62,870 nucleotides of DNA, filler included, from Collodictyon triciliatum (GCA_043381765.1; 12 parts of 12 records of this genome joined end to end with filler, not necessarily neighbours in it); one strand, 5' to 3'. Shown: positions 24,053 through 38,137, counted from the first letter of the whole stretch. Program-made: numbers and translations. The notes: generated by a model from the letters alone, not told the origin.

Positions 24053-25498
24053 TCATTTAACATTAAACTCTAGTTGTGTTTTGACCGATACAGCCTCTGT
24101 AAATCCATCCTGTTTGGTGTGAATCTGTCGAAAACCAGAATGAATTGAAATACATATGTGAAAAGGATTTATTCATTACTGTAGCGAGCAATATAGTATC
24201 AAGTGATGATATATAAGTCGCTTGCGTGCAATGAAGTTGAAACTATGCCCAGACCAAATAAACAAGAAGATAATGACGATAAGTAAGTAAATTTGAGGAG
24301 AAAATGCCATTTATCCACTTACAGAGTTTGTAGCAGGTCTAGCTACTCGGCTCATATGTAGATTAGCTTCTCTGCACAGCTCTGAAAGGGAACGCTCTGA
24401 TTTTCTGCCGTTCGTGAGACCTGTTGTTCTAGGCATCGAATCCTATGCCGAATTAACCATAGGTAAAAGAGTTTCTTCTTTTTTCTTTGAGTGAATGAAT
24501 GACTGCAAGAAAGGAGTTGATTCTCAGTAGGTAAGTTTTTTTTTTTTTGGATACTGCGTGGTGGCTGAACTACCTCTATTTTTTTCGCCATCGCTTTCTG
24601 AGATGAATGTTGAAATAAAGAAGAGAATTCAACATTAAAAACCTGGCAGGTTTCAACTCTTTTTCCTCTTGAAAATATTAATGCCTAGCGAAAAGACTTT
24701 GAATCGAATATTTGCACAACCTTTTCTGTTTGCTGATAAATCCGTATTTGTTCCAGTTTGAACTTTTTCCAGCACGGAGAAGGCTGGTACACAACTAATC
24801 TCAAGCGATGAACAACTTTATCACCTATGAGCTGGTTTGTGTGGGAAAAGAAAAAAAATATTCAATCATCAAGAAGAAATAATTCTGACTTTAATTCAAG
24901 GATGACTCCGATGGATATAATTAATTTGGTCGTTGCCTGTGTGGTTGATAGTCGGTGCCATTCTTGTGCATCATTTTCACAATGTGGGTCGTTCATCAGT
25001 GGGTGCTTTGACCGCAAAGGTTTCCATGATTCGTCGTGACCTTTTATTATTTAGCAATTATATGTATTGTGCTCTTGGGAAGATTGCTATTTGAAGAAGT
25101 ATATATGTAGAGTTGGTTGTAATAGCTGATAGAATGCACTATGATATTAATAGGCTTTCAATTTCTTTGGTAGGTAAACAAAAAAGTGAGGAATATTTAC
25201 TGAAAGTAATCGATCAAATGAAATGTGTAATGTCAGAAAGTAATTGCAGCGTTAGCATTTAGGTGATATATATATATATATGATGGTGATGGATTTTGTG
25301 ATATGAAAACCTCTGTCATTAGGTGATGAAAGAACCCCCTCGATTTTGAGGAATGCAGAGTAATAGTTTCGAAACACGATACAGTCCACCTTCGCAAAAT
25401 AGATATTGAAGTACTTTGAATGAGCTTTATTTTTCATGTAAAATGTTACGGAAATAAAAATGATAACAAAGAAAATTTAAAAATTTCGTCTTAGCCAA

Positions 25499-25549
<51 letters not shown>

Positions 25550-25773
25550 AGCAATAAATGTATTAAGTAATAAAACAATCAACTAGAAAACTAAATAATA
25601 AATCTATAAAGTAATAAAACAATTAAACAATTAACTACTAAACTAAGATAAATGAAAAATAAATAAGAAAATAAATAAACCTTTCCAGGTGTTGGAAGAA
25701 TAATCTCGTACATCAGACGATTTGGTTGATCTTCTGACTCGTGGGTCAGCAGTCGAGCGTCGATCGGGTTCAT
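24053..25773 (-). CDS. NICN1: Nicolin-1-like protein (tubulin polyglutamylase complex subunit), about 7 exons
   Basis: IVFRNYYSAFLKI, LMNDPHCENDAQEW and LRLVVYQPSPCWKKFKLEQIRIYQQ match nicolin-1 motifs as I recall them. Confidence 0.8.
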
Positions 25774-26011
25774 TCACGCCACTACCACACAAAACTTTAT
25801 AGAGGCACTACCGACGTGGGCTTTATTATCTTCCGTATGCTAACGCTGCAACTCCAAAAACAAAAACAAAAACAAAAAACAAAAAACAAAAAACAAAAAA
25901 CAAAAAACAAAAAACAAAAAACAAAAAACAAAAAAACAAAAAAACAAAAAACAAAAACGTAAACATAAAAAATAGTGATTCGCTACTAATTGCGTTTGGT
26001 TATGCCTTTAT

Positions 26012-26190
26012 TCACGAGAGGAGGTCGTCGATAAGTGGCTTCTGCTCGGGTGGCTGCGCAGTTGGCGACAACGTTGCTTCTGGAACGTCAGTTTCGACAA
26101 GGAGGCTGATTCCCTCCATGTTTGTAGGCTCAGGACTTTGGCCAGCATCTTCCTTTCGCTCCTCAGCTTGCTCTGTATCCTCCTCGGTGA
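26012..26190 (-). CDS. Terminal exon of an acidic hypothetical protein
   Basis: tag|..TEEDTEQAEERKEDAG..PLIDDLLS-TGA, with AATAAA overlapping the stop. Confidence 0.6.
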
Positions 26191-26463
26191 CTAATGAAAA
26201 GGCGATGAAATGATGGTGACGATTAATATAAAAGACAAATACAAAATTAATATAAAGACAAAGACAAAGACAAAGACAAAGACAAAGACAAAGACAAAGA
26301 CAAAGACAAAGACAAAGACAAAGACAAAGACAAAGACAAAGACAAAGACAAAGACAAAGACAANNNNNNNNNNNNNNNNNNNNNNNNNNNNNNNNNNNNN
26401 NNNNNNNTTAATTAATTAANNNNNNNNNNNNNNNNNNNNNNNNNNNNNNNNNNNNNNNNNNNN

Positions 26464-26562
<99 letters not shown>

Positions 26563-26716
26563 GTTTTATTGGATACATATTTTCATTGTTTTCTACTGTT
26601 TTTTTTTTGTTTAGCCTTTTCATCACAACTTTGATCCTTCTGTTAGTCCATGCTCACTCTTTCCTCTCCACCACCTTTTGTTCTTGCGCTTCCATCAGAC
26701 TCCGTTGACCAGAAGA

Positions 26717-29700
26717 ATGGATTTGCCTTCGAGCGCTGAGAGCGAGATCAAAGTTATCAGAATGGTGAAGACCCTTACTTATAATGAATAATTCTCACTT
26801 TTTTTGTAGATATATCCAATATCACCTATTTACAATTTACTATGATGCCCACCCTTTTCTTTTCTTTTTTCTTTTTTTCTTTTTTTTCTTTTTTTCTTTT
26901 ATCCACAGGGTATCTGTGGGTTTTTTTAACCAAGTTATAAGTATTGCTTCTTACCTCTATTGCTTCTTTAATGTTTTCTTATGGCATATTTATACTATGC
27001 TGGGACGCTTTTTCTCATACAACTGCCGGTGCTGGATTTAGTGTGTTGTAGGGACAAAATGTGGGAAAACCAGTCTTATATCAATGTTTCTGAACAATGA
27101 ATTTCCAGAAACATATGTACCTACACAAGGTTTCTATTTGATCACCTATATCATATTCCATAAGTAACAAAAAAAACTTTTATTATAAAGCATATACTTT
27201 CATTACTTGGTTAAAAAAAAAAGAATTTAAGATCTAAGAAATCAAGTTAACCATTCAAATGAAACAGAATCAGAAGGCAGCGTGTCGCTCGAAATTCTTG
27301 AAACGAAAGTGAGACTTTTCGTAGTTGAAATTGGCTCAGAACATCGACAATCTATGAGATTTAGAGAAGTGACTAGATTAATCGCAAAACTCATTGGATT
27401 TCATATCTTCGTATTCTCTTCCACCCTTACCCTCACCCTCCCACCTTTGGTTCTCTCCTATTTTTCAAGCATTTAACCATGATTCCTTTTATTTTTAAGA
27501 TTGCCTCCACTGCAGATTGCTTCATGATTGTCTATAACTCTAATGACTACAATTCTTTTCGAGAAGTCGAGGTGAACATTGTTGCACCAAGCTTAATATT
27601 CCTGATCCTATTAAGCAGTAAATTCCTTTAAACACTAATAAGCGCAGCGCAATGTCAATCTAGAAAATATTCGAGCAAATAGCCACAATTCGTACATTAT
27701 CGAGGGGCTCATCAGCTTCGTTCCAATCTCTTCATTGCACAATCGCCGCAACACAGAGTGCCGATATATTTAAGCCATACTTAAACAACTCAAAATCTTA
27801 GCTTTGATCGCATGGACGAAAATGATAAACATGCTGTAATATAAAAAGTTTGTTAGTGATTATAGTAAACTATTGATTCAAAATATAGAGGATGGCGACC
27901 AATGGGGCACCGGAGTGCCACCATCAGAGGGCCGTAGACTATCGAGACACCTTGGATGCCACTTTGAGGAAGTCTCAGTAATGATTTCTCTTCGTCACTC
28001 ATTCCTATTGGCCATTTTCTACTCTAAGATGGCCTTTAATCTTCTTTACTCCTTTTTTTTTTTNNNNNNNNNNNNNNNNNNNNNNNNNNNNNNNNNNNNN
28101 NNNNNNNNNNNNNNNNNNNNNNNNNNNNNNNNNNNNNNNNNNNNNNNNNNNNNNNNNNNNNNNNNNNNNNNNNNNNNNNNNNNNNNNNNNNNNNNNNNNN
28201 NNNNNNNNNNNNNNNNNNNNNNNNNNNNNNNNNNNNNNNNNNNNNNNNNNNNNNNNNNNNNNNNNNNNNNNNNNNNNNNNNNNNNNNNNNNNNNNNNNNN
28301 NNNNNNNNNNNNNNNNNNNNNNNNNNNNNNNNNNNNNNNNNNNNNNNNNNNNNNNNNNNNNNNNNNNNNNNNNNNNNNNNNNNNNNNNNNNNNNNNNNNN
28401 NNNNNNNNNNNNNNNNNNNNNNNNNNNNNNNNNNNNNNNNNNNNNNNNNNNNNNNNNNNNNNNNNNNNNNNNNNNNNNNNNNNNNNNNNNNNNNNNNNNN
28501 NNNNNNNNNNNNNNNNNNNNNNNNNNNNNNNNNNNNNNNNNNNNNNNNNNNNNNNNNNNNNNNNNNNNNNNNNNNNNNNNNNNNNNNNNNNNNNNNNNNN
28601 NNNNNNNNNNNNNNNNNNNNNNNNNNNNNNNNNNNNNNNNNNNNNNNNNNNNNNNNNNNNNNNNNNNNNNNNNNNNNNNNNNNNNNNNNNNNNNNNNNNN
28701 NNTTTAAATACGTAAGGTTAATAACGGATTCAAAGGCAAACTCCTGAATATGTTTCCATCCAGGAGTGAACCTGTATCGTTGTCTTTAAAAGGAAATAAC
28801 CTCGTTATTCAGCGAAAATCATTGGTAAATAGTATTATACATTTTTACAGATCAAATTATTCAGTCTATTGTTTTCCAGAGTGATACTTATGTACCATTT
28901 GTTCGCAAATTTATTGAAAAACGTCTTATTTAACGAAACACATAGTTGACGTCTTCTATGCAAATACCGTTATCATCGACAACATGTGAAGAACATATGT
29001 AAGTTATGGATGTAGCTATATGTGTAAATTTATTGCATCATATGAAATAATTTTTGGTTTTTTTAACATTATTCAGTACATCCTTTCCTTACTCAGAATA
29101 TTTTTTTTTGAGCTTTCATTCATTCTCTGTATCGGTATACCCTTACTTAAATCAGTGCCTTTTCTCGCAATTAATCTGCTATCATTAGTAATGAATCAGG
29201 TGAAAAGTATATTACACTTGTAACGTACACCGGATATGCCTATTCATTCCGCGGACAATCAATGGAGAATACAGAACTGTGGGCTCAGTGTTTAAGGAAG
29301 GCTATAAACCAAAGTGAGAAGTCCATGAATTTCTCCTTTTCACTTCATTACCTCCTGAGACCCCTAAAACATGAAATCATACACTCTTAGTCTAAGTCAA
29401 TAATGTTCTCAGTACTTACTACTTCTATGATAATCACAACAGGTCTGATATTTGGAGGTCCTCTTGATAGGTGTGTTCTAGTTGATCATGAAGGAATCAG
29501 CACAGTGATATACAAATGCATAGAGTATCTTGTGGCCCGAAACGGTATTGTTGAATTTTCTTTTCTCAGAAAGCCTTTATTATTCATGACTTATTTTAAT
29601 GGATTACTTGTTAAAGTAATTGTGAACACCGATTACCAAAAATATTATGAATCCTAAAAAGGCTAGTGGATTGCAGTTTCCTTTTCCTTTTCCTTTTCCT

Positions 29701-30592
29701 TTTCCTTTTCCTTTTCCTTTTCCTTTTCCTTTTCCTTTTCCTTTTCCTTTTCCTTTTCCTTTTCCTTTTCCTTTTCCTTTTCCTTTTCTCTAAATTTTTA
29801 TTCTACTGGTATGTTAAGTTCTTTTCTGTTCTTTGACCACGTATATTACATTTAGGTATCAGACATGAAGGTATTTTCCGTATCCCTGGTTCTGTCGAGA
29901 GTATCAGAACCCTTCGCTACGAATTTGAATTAAGTAGGTGATCCAATTTGATGATGTATTGTGCAGTCACATTCACGTATCATCGACTTGTAGATAACAT
30001 TTTCGCTGTCATATTAGAAAGGGAACAGGCTAATATCATGAACGTACCGGATATCAACACCATTTCAGGTTTATTGAAGCTTTATTTAGGGGAGCTACCG
30101 GAGCCTATTATACCTAGAGTTATCAGTGCCAAACTCCTTGATTTGAGAGGTACCCACATGCTTAAAATGCTACCTAAATAGTGGTCTCATTATCTAAACC
30201 CCACGTCCTTCTGAAATAATCCATATTGCATTTTTTGAATTAATACAGCCATATCAAGTCCGGTCTCGAGAATCATATCATACGAGGATACTCTGAATTT
30301 ATTGCCCAGTGTATGATTCTTGTTATTCACTAAGTTGTCACGGACTATCCTAGTGATTTGAATATTCAGTAGTTTGTTGTTTCTTCTCTAGCTTTTTTTT
30401 TTTTTGATGGAAATATGTGTAATCGATTTGCACTTAAAAAATGTGTTTTGTCTTATATTAATACCAGCATAATTTGGTCAACCTGAAACACATCTTATGG
30501 TATTTATTTCATATCCACCGAAGCCATGAATTAAATAGAATGAACTCGGTATGTATTTTATATAATCACAAAACAAATCCCCAATTCCATTC

Positions 30593-30676
<84 letters not shown>

Positions 30677-31758
30677 AAATGAAAGAGTATTTGTTTAAAT
30701 CATCAAATATAATCCATAGAGAAATTTGGCCATGGTTCTTGGGCCGAACATATACATGGTAAAGTAGCAATTGACATATTGCCGGAAATGCTTTCCGGAT
30801 TATTCTGAGAATAATATATATTACGTTTATCGTGTACGCTGTACTTCTACATTTTCTTTTTCCTTTTCTTTTTCCTTTTCTTTTTCCTTTTCTTTTTCCT
30901 TTTCTTTTTCCTTTTCTTTTTCCTTTTCTTTTTCCTTTTCTTTTTCCTTTTTATCATCGTGCTCTACACTATAATTACAGGGTGGTTTGGATGACCCTTT
31001 ATTGCTGGCCACTCTGCCGCGCTTCGTTCCCGTGTTAGCCGAGCTGATTGAGTTCTATGAACTAATGTTTGCAAAGGTTTTTTTTTTATCGGATACTATT
31101 TACCTACGGTGAATAAGACATTCAATACGAAGCACGTTCGTTTTTTTCTTTTTGTTTTATATTCAAACTTGTGTGTAAAGTGGAGAGAAAAATATACTAA
31201 GAAGGAGAGTCATGATTATTATTATTATTATTATAATTATTATAATTACTATTATAAAAAGCTATTAGCTAACTAAATAATGTTTGCTTTATCAGTCTCG
31301 AGAATCTTCCACGCCAGCAAACCGAGAGGTAAAAACAAATCGACGAAAGGTGAACATGGGAACGTAAGTTGTCCCACATTTTCTTGTATTATTATTTTAC
31401 CTCTCCTTTCTCTCTTTTTCTCTATTTCTTTCTCTCTTTCTTTCTCTATTTCTTTCTCTCTTTCTTTCTCTCTTTCTTTCTCTCTTTCTCTCTTTCTCTC
31501 TTTCTTTCTCTTTTTTTCTTTTTTCATTTTTCATTTTTCATTTCTTTCTCTCTTTTTATTATCTCTTTTCTCTCTTTATTTTCTTTTTATTCTCTTTTTT
31601 CTTTTTATTCTCTTTTTTTTACCTGTCTTGCTACCATAGTCTTAACAGCTACCCACTTGGTGAGCGCAATTATATTCATGGAGGACCAGCTGAACGACCT
31701 TACTCGACGATTGGGGTGAGCCATCTTATCTTCAATCCGACCATAATTCATTCCAGAC

Positions 31759-31845
<87 letters not shown>

Positions 31846-32035
31846 TCAACTTTCCTTCTTATCTGTTTTGATGATGCATTCTACGAAAGTTCTTCGCTTT
31901 GTCCCTTCGACAACAGCATATCACAATCTCTCCCTTTTCGACACCCGTTCAGATTTCATCAGGGAGGCGGGTCTTCGATTCGGGCGCCCAAGTAGAAGGC
32001 CTCTTGGGCTCAGCCGAATCTCCTGTTTGAGTTAG
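26717..32035 (+). CDS. Degenerate Ras-like GTPase domain + PH domain + RhoGAP (multi-exon; N gap at 28064-28701)
   Basis: CVVGTKCGKTSLISMFLNNEFPETYVPT, ADCFMIVYNSNDYNSFREV and EGRRLSRHLGCHFEEVS (Ras fold); YSFRGQSMENTELWAQCLRKAI (PH end); IFGGPL..KCIEYL..EGIFRIPG..DINTISGLLKLYLGELPEPII..NRMNS.NLAMVLGP (RhoGAP). Confidence 0.85.
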
Positions 32036-32229
32036 ACGCAAACTTTGACCGTCCGTCATTCTTCCTTTTGGTTTTTTCTTTGTTTTTTGTTTTTTTTTTT
32101 TTTTTTCGCTCTNNNNNNNNNNNNNNNNNNNNNNNNNNNNNNNNNNNNNNNNNNNNTTAATTAATTAANNNNNNNNNNNNNNNNNNNNNNNNNNNNNNNN
32201 NNNNNNNNNNNNTTTTATAATTCTCATTA

Positions 32230-32275
<46 letters not shown>

Positions 32276-32362
32276 TCAAAAACCTATGTATACTGTGTAA
32301 TTTGTACTGGTTTATTTAGTTCATGCAGATGCGCTGAGTTTGTGTCTATACCTTCTCAATAG

Positions 32363-32810
32363 ATATCATCCATTCGGCCGAAACAATGGTTTTTGATGAA
32401 GAGGGTAAAACTCCTGTGCAAGGTGTGTGTTCACGATGCGGATACATCAGCAGCCAAAAACTCTGCAAAGCATGTGTTCTGCTCGATAGTCTCAACCGTG
32501 GGCTCCCAAAACTCGCGGTTGGGAAGACAAAGAAATGGGTTTGCCTTATCCTTAATGCCTTTGCTGTAAATTAGTGTCACCTTTATTTCTTCACTTTTAC
32601 TGGCATTTTTTTATTGCAAAACTGCCTCAATACCGAATACTATCAGCTGTATTCTGTGCAATATATTTCTCTTTTTCCGAGCCACAATGATTGACACATC
32701 TATCGTTTTCTTAATTACATCAGGAACAGTCATTTGCCGAGTCCAGCGCAGAGTCACCAACACCGAAGAAGGACTCGATGCCAAACACAGCAATAAACAT
32801 CGACTTTTAG
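32363..32810 (+). CDS. CTU1: Cytoplasmic tRNA 2-thiolation protein 1, last two exons
   Basis: [40 protein letters not shown] is the characteristic Ctu1/Ncs6 C-terminal zinc ribbon. Confidence 0.9.
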
Positions 32811-33006
32811 ATTTTAGATTGTAGCTTCTTTCCTGTTATTATTATTTTATAAAAAAAAAAAAAACCTACTTGAAACAAAGAACAAATGCCTTTTCCAACA
32901 ATCTTGAATCTATTATCCTAAAACTTCAATATTTACTCACGTGAGGAAATGACTACTTTTTTTTTTTTTATCAGCTTGGCTAATCTATATTAGTAATTCT
33001 TTGAGT

Positions 33007-36000
33007 TTATTGGCCAATTGAAAGACGCTGCAACATTCGGGCGTGGCTTTGAGCAATTTTTTCGCGAAGAAGCGCAGCGCAATCCTGGTCACTGGAAACA
33101 TGTGTCACATCTCCGCATTCAGTCGACGTCATAAACTGCGAAAGATGGCGAGGAATAGGCACTTGAGCGTCGGGAATGGCGCGCTGAGATATATGAGAAG
33201 AATGAGAAAAACAAGTTACTTATCTCACAGGAAAGGTGTAAGAACACAGAAAAAATGTATTCTCTTATACATCGGTGATAAGTGGTGTGCGGCAGATTAG
33301 GTTTTGGATATTGTGCTTTTCTCACTTTCATGGCCGAGAGGAACTTTGCAGGATGCGCCGTGGCCATGCATACAACATGTGAATCGGACTGGAAAATATC
33401 ATCTAATTCAGTGCTTAGAAAAAAAAAATCGAGTGAGCACGATGAAATCAAAGAGGCGTCTTAGATGGCTACAGCTGCGGGACATATGACAGCATTACTG
33501 GGCACTTGGAGATGGATAAATCTCGACAGTTCAATTAAGCTTCCAACTCTGATTGTAACATATATATTGTAGACAGTTGCAGACTTACTTCGATTTGTAG
33601 AGGGCTCTGACCGCGATGGCGCTGTGTGGGTCGAGCATATATCCGTACTCGGTGTGTATGTCACCTTTATTTGAACGAGAGTTGATTTTACTCTTTTCCT
33701 GGTTGTTTTTTTAAGTCATTTACACACAAAGCACCCAAATAATGTATTCGAAGTTCTGTTTTTCCTGTCCAAAAGAGAATATCTTTATCTCTTCACGTGC
33801 ATTATTTGAAAGTAGGTTACAGTCAGTGTTTGACTTTGAAGTAGTAATCAAAGGATTTCAATTATATACGAATGCACTGGAGGATGTCCCTTTCATTCGA
33901 CTGGAAGGTGGAAAATGCGCTGCAGATGGTGCGGTGGACATTCTCCTCGATGCAAATAGTTTCTCCGCCAGTCAAACGTGCAACCAACTGCGTAGGAATG
34001 TCTGTTTGAATGATTTCCTTGTTGTACTGACCATCACCTTGAACTAAATATGAATAAGTAGGCATCGTTTTTACATTCGTCTGTTTTCAAAACATGTTAT
34101 TACCAACTTATATTTACAGCAACCTTTCATATAGAAAGAGAATGTGTCTTACAGCTTTATTATTTAAAACCAGTGTACATAAAAGAAAATAAATTACGCT
34201 GCATGGCAACGAATATGATGCGTTCGATATTGTATGGCACTTGGATGTCAAGCGACGGGCTAATCGTTACAATCGTTTTTTGTCTTGTGGCCGAATTGTG
34301 TTTGATAATCTATAGAAGAGTTCATCAATGAATCCTAGTGTTAGTAAGAAAAATACTAAAATAAACAATATGACCATGTTTGTTTCTTGTTCAAGTTGAA
34401 GTTGAGATTGTCTACTTTTTTCTTTCGTTAAATTTGCCCAATTACCTGGGCAATAATGTCATTTTCATTCGTGCATGCAACAATCCTGATGGGTAGTCCC
34501 ATTGAATGAGCAAAGTAACCCGCTGCAGCATTTCCCATTCCTCCACTGGGAACAATAAAATCAACTCGCGGAAGCTTTCCTACTGTATGAAGCCATATTG
34601 ATTTGATCCGCATAATAAATTATTCCTATCATATATCGTCTACATATATGTGGTTCTTTTGTGAATGTTGATATATCTTCATAAAAGCGTGAGATGTTTC
34701 CTTCTAATATTCTATCATTCTATCGCACTTTATATTCGAGTGTGTTTTGATGTTTTTCATAAACCGAAAGAAATATAAAAGAAACCTGTGTTCCACGACT
34801 CGTCTTTGTTTAGAATCTAGCAACAGGTGACAACGTAACAATTGAATAATATTAACATAAAATAATTAAATGGATGAACTAATCGGCAGGTTTTCAAAAT
34901 ATTCGAAAGAAGCTGACCTGGCAATAAAGATAGACGTAGTTGACAATCTGACACATTACTCTGCCCCAGTTGAATGAGTTGATTGTGCACAAAGAATGTT
35001 CTCGTTTGAATTCTTTGTCATCCATGCTGTGTGTGCAAAAAAAAAAAAAAAAAAAAAAGCAAACCATTACAACATTAATCATCATATTTGGGAGGTTATC
35101 TTTATTTCCTTTATTTTCCATTGTGGTATGCGCTTTTGCGAGAAACAAAATATCTGAATGTATGAGATTTTGAAAATGCGAATCAAAAAATATATTAAAA
35201 ATGATAACAATTGAGATTTATGAATGAAACTAGGAACTACGCACCAGCTTCTCATCACGGTGTCTAATTCGTCACTCCCGAGCGTCTCACTGACAAAAAC
35301 ATGAAGGTTTTGCCCAATCATTCTATGAATATGAGCATATTTTAATACTTGAATACTGTAGAGAATGAAAATGATATGCAAGTATTCGTTTCAACTCATC
35401 TGGGAATAAATAGACACAAAAATGTCATGTGCAGCGTACGTTTTCAATCAAAATCGTTGTACCTTGTCATCTGGAGCTCTTGCTGTGGACTGATGCGATT
35501 ATTTCCAGGAAAAAGAATAAAGCATTCAACTCTGCTTCTTCCATTAAGGGCGCTCATGGCAGCGCTGCCTGATTATTTGGGTAGATTCCATGGAATAAGC
35601 AGGAATCTTTTCATAAAAAAAAAAGTACAAATGGCGCATTCCTTTTTCCTATTCAACCAAACAACCAACCTGTATCTCCAGAAGTTGCAGCCACTATGGT
35701 CACGGTTTTCCGATTTTTTTGTAAAAAATATTCCATCATTCTCCCAAGAAATTGCATCGACAAATCCTTTAATCGATGAGACACATACCCAATACAGACG
35801 AGCAAATATTACTTCATAATATCAATATTACATATTATCGAGGTATGTTTTGTTTGGATGTATCTTCAAATTATGTAACTGAAGTGACCTTGAAAGACAA
35901 CGTAGGGCCTATTATAATAATCAAACTGAAATCGAGAAAGATGTGACATTCACCAATTAAGCTAGAAATGGGCTTGTATATGATAATTGAGGTTCCTCAA

Positions 36001-36691
36001 AGCTGAACATTAATTCATAATCTCACCATGAAACATCTCTGCTACGTGAAAGCTGCACCTCAAGGCACTCCCTTCTCTTTGCTCGAAAAAACTCATCGGT
36101 ATGACTGACTCGGTATCAAAACAAAGCCAGGCTTCATCTGCGATTTGGCGGAGTGCAGAGGTTGGTAACTCGTCCTCAGAGACAAATTGGCTCACAACCT
36201 TTTTTAAAAGAAAGAAAATGATTTATCGAGTTTGATAAGGTGTTCGGCAGGCTATATGATGTCTTCATTTGTTTTCTCAGACACCTTTCCTTACAAATGA
36301 AACAAAATTGAGATCTACTTTTGATTTCATTTTTTTCAAGTATTCAGATGTTGATAGTAAATAAATAAAATATGAATGTATAGTTAAATATATATATATA
36401 GATTAATAAAAAAAAAATAATGAGCCAGCCAACATAGCGGCTGATGAAATGGGGAAAAAAACTGCAAATAAAAAGGAAAAGAGTGTAGAAAAAAAACCAC
36501 GCCCGACCAAAAACCTTAATGAAGACTTCCTTGTATGAAAGGCGAGCCCACTCAACAAAGTCTTCCGGCTTCAAGGTCGGGATTTTCCCAGGCACAAAGA
36601 GTCCGCCGTCCGGTGCGATTCCAGTGAAGATCGCCTGCTCAAACGAAAACCCACGCCCACCGCGCGTGGAAAAATACTCGACTTTACTCAT
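33007..36691 (-). CDS. Threonine synthase / THNSL2-like PLP enzyme, about 14 exons
   Basis: YFSTRG, GIAPDGGLFVP, EMFHGPTLSFKD (PLP Lys), ATSGDTGSAA, NSFNWGRV, VPSGGMGN, TNENDI, SPSLDIQVPYNIER, DPHSA and ATAHPAKF. Confidence 0.93.
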
Positions 36692-36949
36692 CCTCCTCCG
36701 CAAAGACTCTGCGGTGAAATATATTATTAAGCACATATTTATATGGATACATAAAGTCCTCGTCTTGATGGGAAATACAAGCAGAGATGAGGAGCTTGGC
36801 ATATGTAGAGACCCGCTCGATAGTGTCACAGGCCCAGAAAGACCCGCGCAAGGAAGCCGTCTGCAAGTCTGCCTGAGCGGACAGTATTTTTGCACGGGGT
36901 TGAGCAAGTTGTCACCAACAAGAACCAGCTCCCTGCAAAGTTTACGGTC

Positions 36950-37660
36950 ATGGGCAAAAAGTGTCCAAAGCGCATCCTCAAAGAGCATCCGCCAGCCGCG
37001 AACAACGAACGACAAGTAAAAGCTCCGCAAAAGAATACACCTGCCAAGCAGACAAGCAGCAACGGGGTCAAGGAAGCCAAGGCCAGGCAACAACAGAGTC
37101 CACAAGACTCACAGCAGATATGCGCATTCGGAGACAGCGACGATGACATGGAAGGAAATCTCGGTTCCTCTTCAGAATCCTCGCACTTGAGCCATCCAAC
37201 GCCAACACCGGACAAGGCCCGCATATTGCAAAACCCAAGAGCAGCGCATCTCCAAACCCCGAAAGAAATTCCTCTTAAACTACCCATTCAGACTGACGTG
37301 AATATGGTTAACACAGTAGGCATCAAGGCAGTCTTCGTTACATATCCGAAAGGATACTCAAAGCAAAGCCAACACAAGAACCAGCGCCCACCAAAGATAG
37401 TCCGTTCATCCTTCCCCAGCCCGTCGCACCGAGAACCAAGGAGCAAGAGCAAACAGCGCAAGTCGAATCCAAGCTTGGAACTTCACACTAAAGACAGTCC
37501 GAGCAAGCAGGAGCGTATGTTTCTAAAACAACAAACGCGTATCAATACTCCGGTTAAGCAAAGTCCACTGCCGGCTACGCATGGTTCCGAAACCAGGGGA
37601 CGGTCAAGCGCTACTTCCGATAATAGCAGACAAACGAAGATGTATCGCTTTCTGTCTTAG
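36950..37660 (+). CDS. Intronless basic S/P/Q/K-rich, probably disordered protein, divergent from threonine synthase
   Basis: 236-codon ORF from ATG 36950; ends QTKMYRFLS. Confidence 0.6.
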   Translation: MGKKCPKRILKEHPPAANNERQVKAPQKNTPAKQTSSNGVKEAKARQQQSPQDSQQICAFGDSDDDMEGNLGSSSESSHLSHPTPTPDKARILQNPRAAHLQTPKEIPLKLPIQTDVNMVNTVGIKAVFVTYPKGYSKQSQHKNQRPPKIVRSSFPSPSHREPRSKSKQRKSNPSLELHTKDSPSKQERMFLKQQTRINTPVKQSPLPATHGSETRGRSSATSDNSRQTKMYRFLS

Positions 37661-38049
37661 TACCTAGCAAGAAACGAAAGGAAAGTGACCCGTTGTCCCC
37701 TCAAAAGACTCATCCAGTGGAATGAAATAGGATGTAAATCTTGTCTGAGATAGATGGTTGAAAGGACTCGTCGGAATCGATTTGAGAAGTAACTGCCATG
37801 TGCGTACTTTCATCGACCCGACAACTTTATCCGCTCTCCTGTCAGTCTCGAATANNNNNNNNNNNNNNNNNNNNNNNNNNNNNNNNNNNNNNNNNNNNTT
37901 AATTAATTAANNNNNNNNNNNNNNNNNNNNNNNNNNNNNNNNNNNNNNNNNNNNCAATAAAAAAAGCAATAAAAAAAGCAATAAAAAAGCAATAAAAAAA
38001 GCAATAAAAAAAGCAATAAAAAAAGCAATAAAAAAAGCAATAAAAAAAG

Positions 38050-38137
<88 letters not shown>

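Noticed and set aside
25774..26012. Apparent 23-nt spacing or fusion between the upstream gene and nicolin-1
   Set aside because: The upstream exon ends at its own TGA (26012) with AATAAA, leaving about 240 nt of intergenic sequence.
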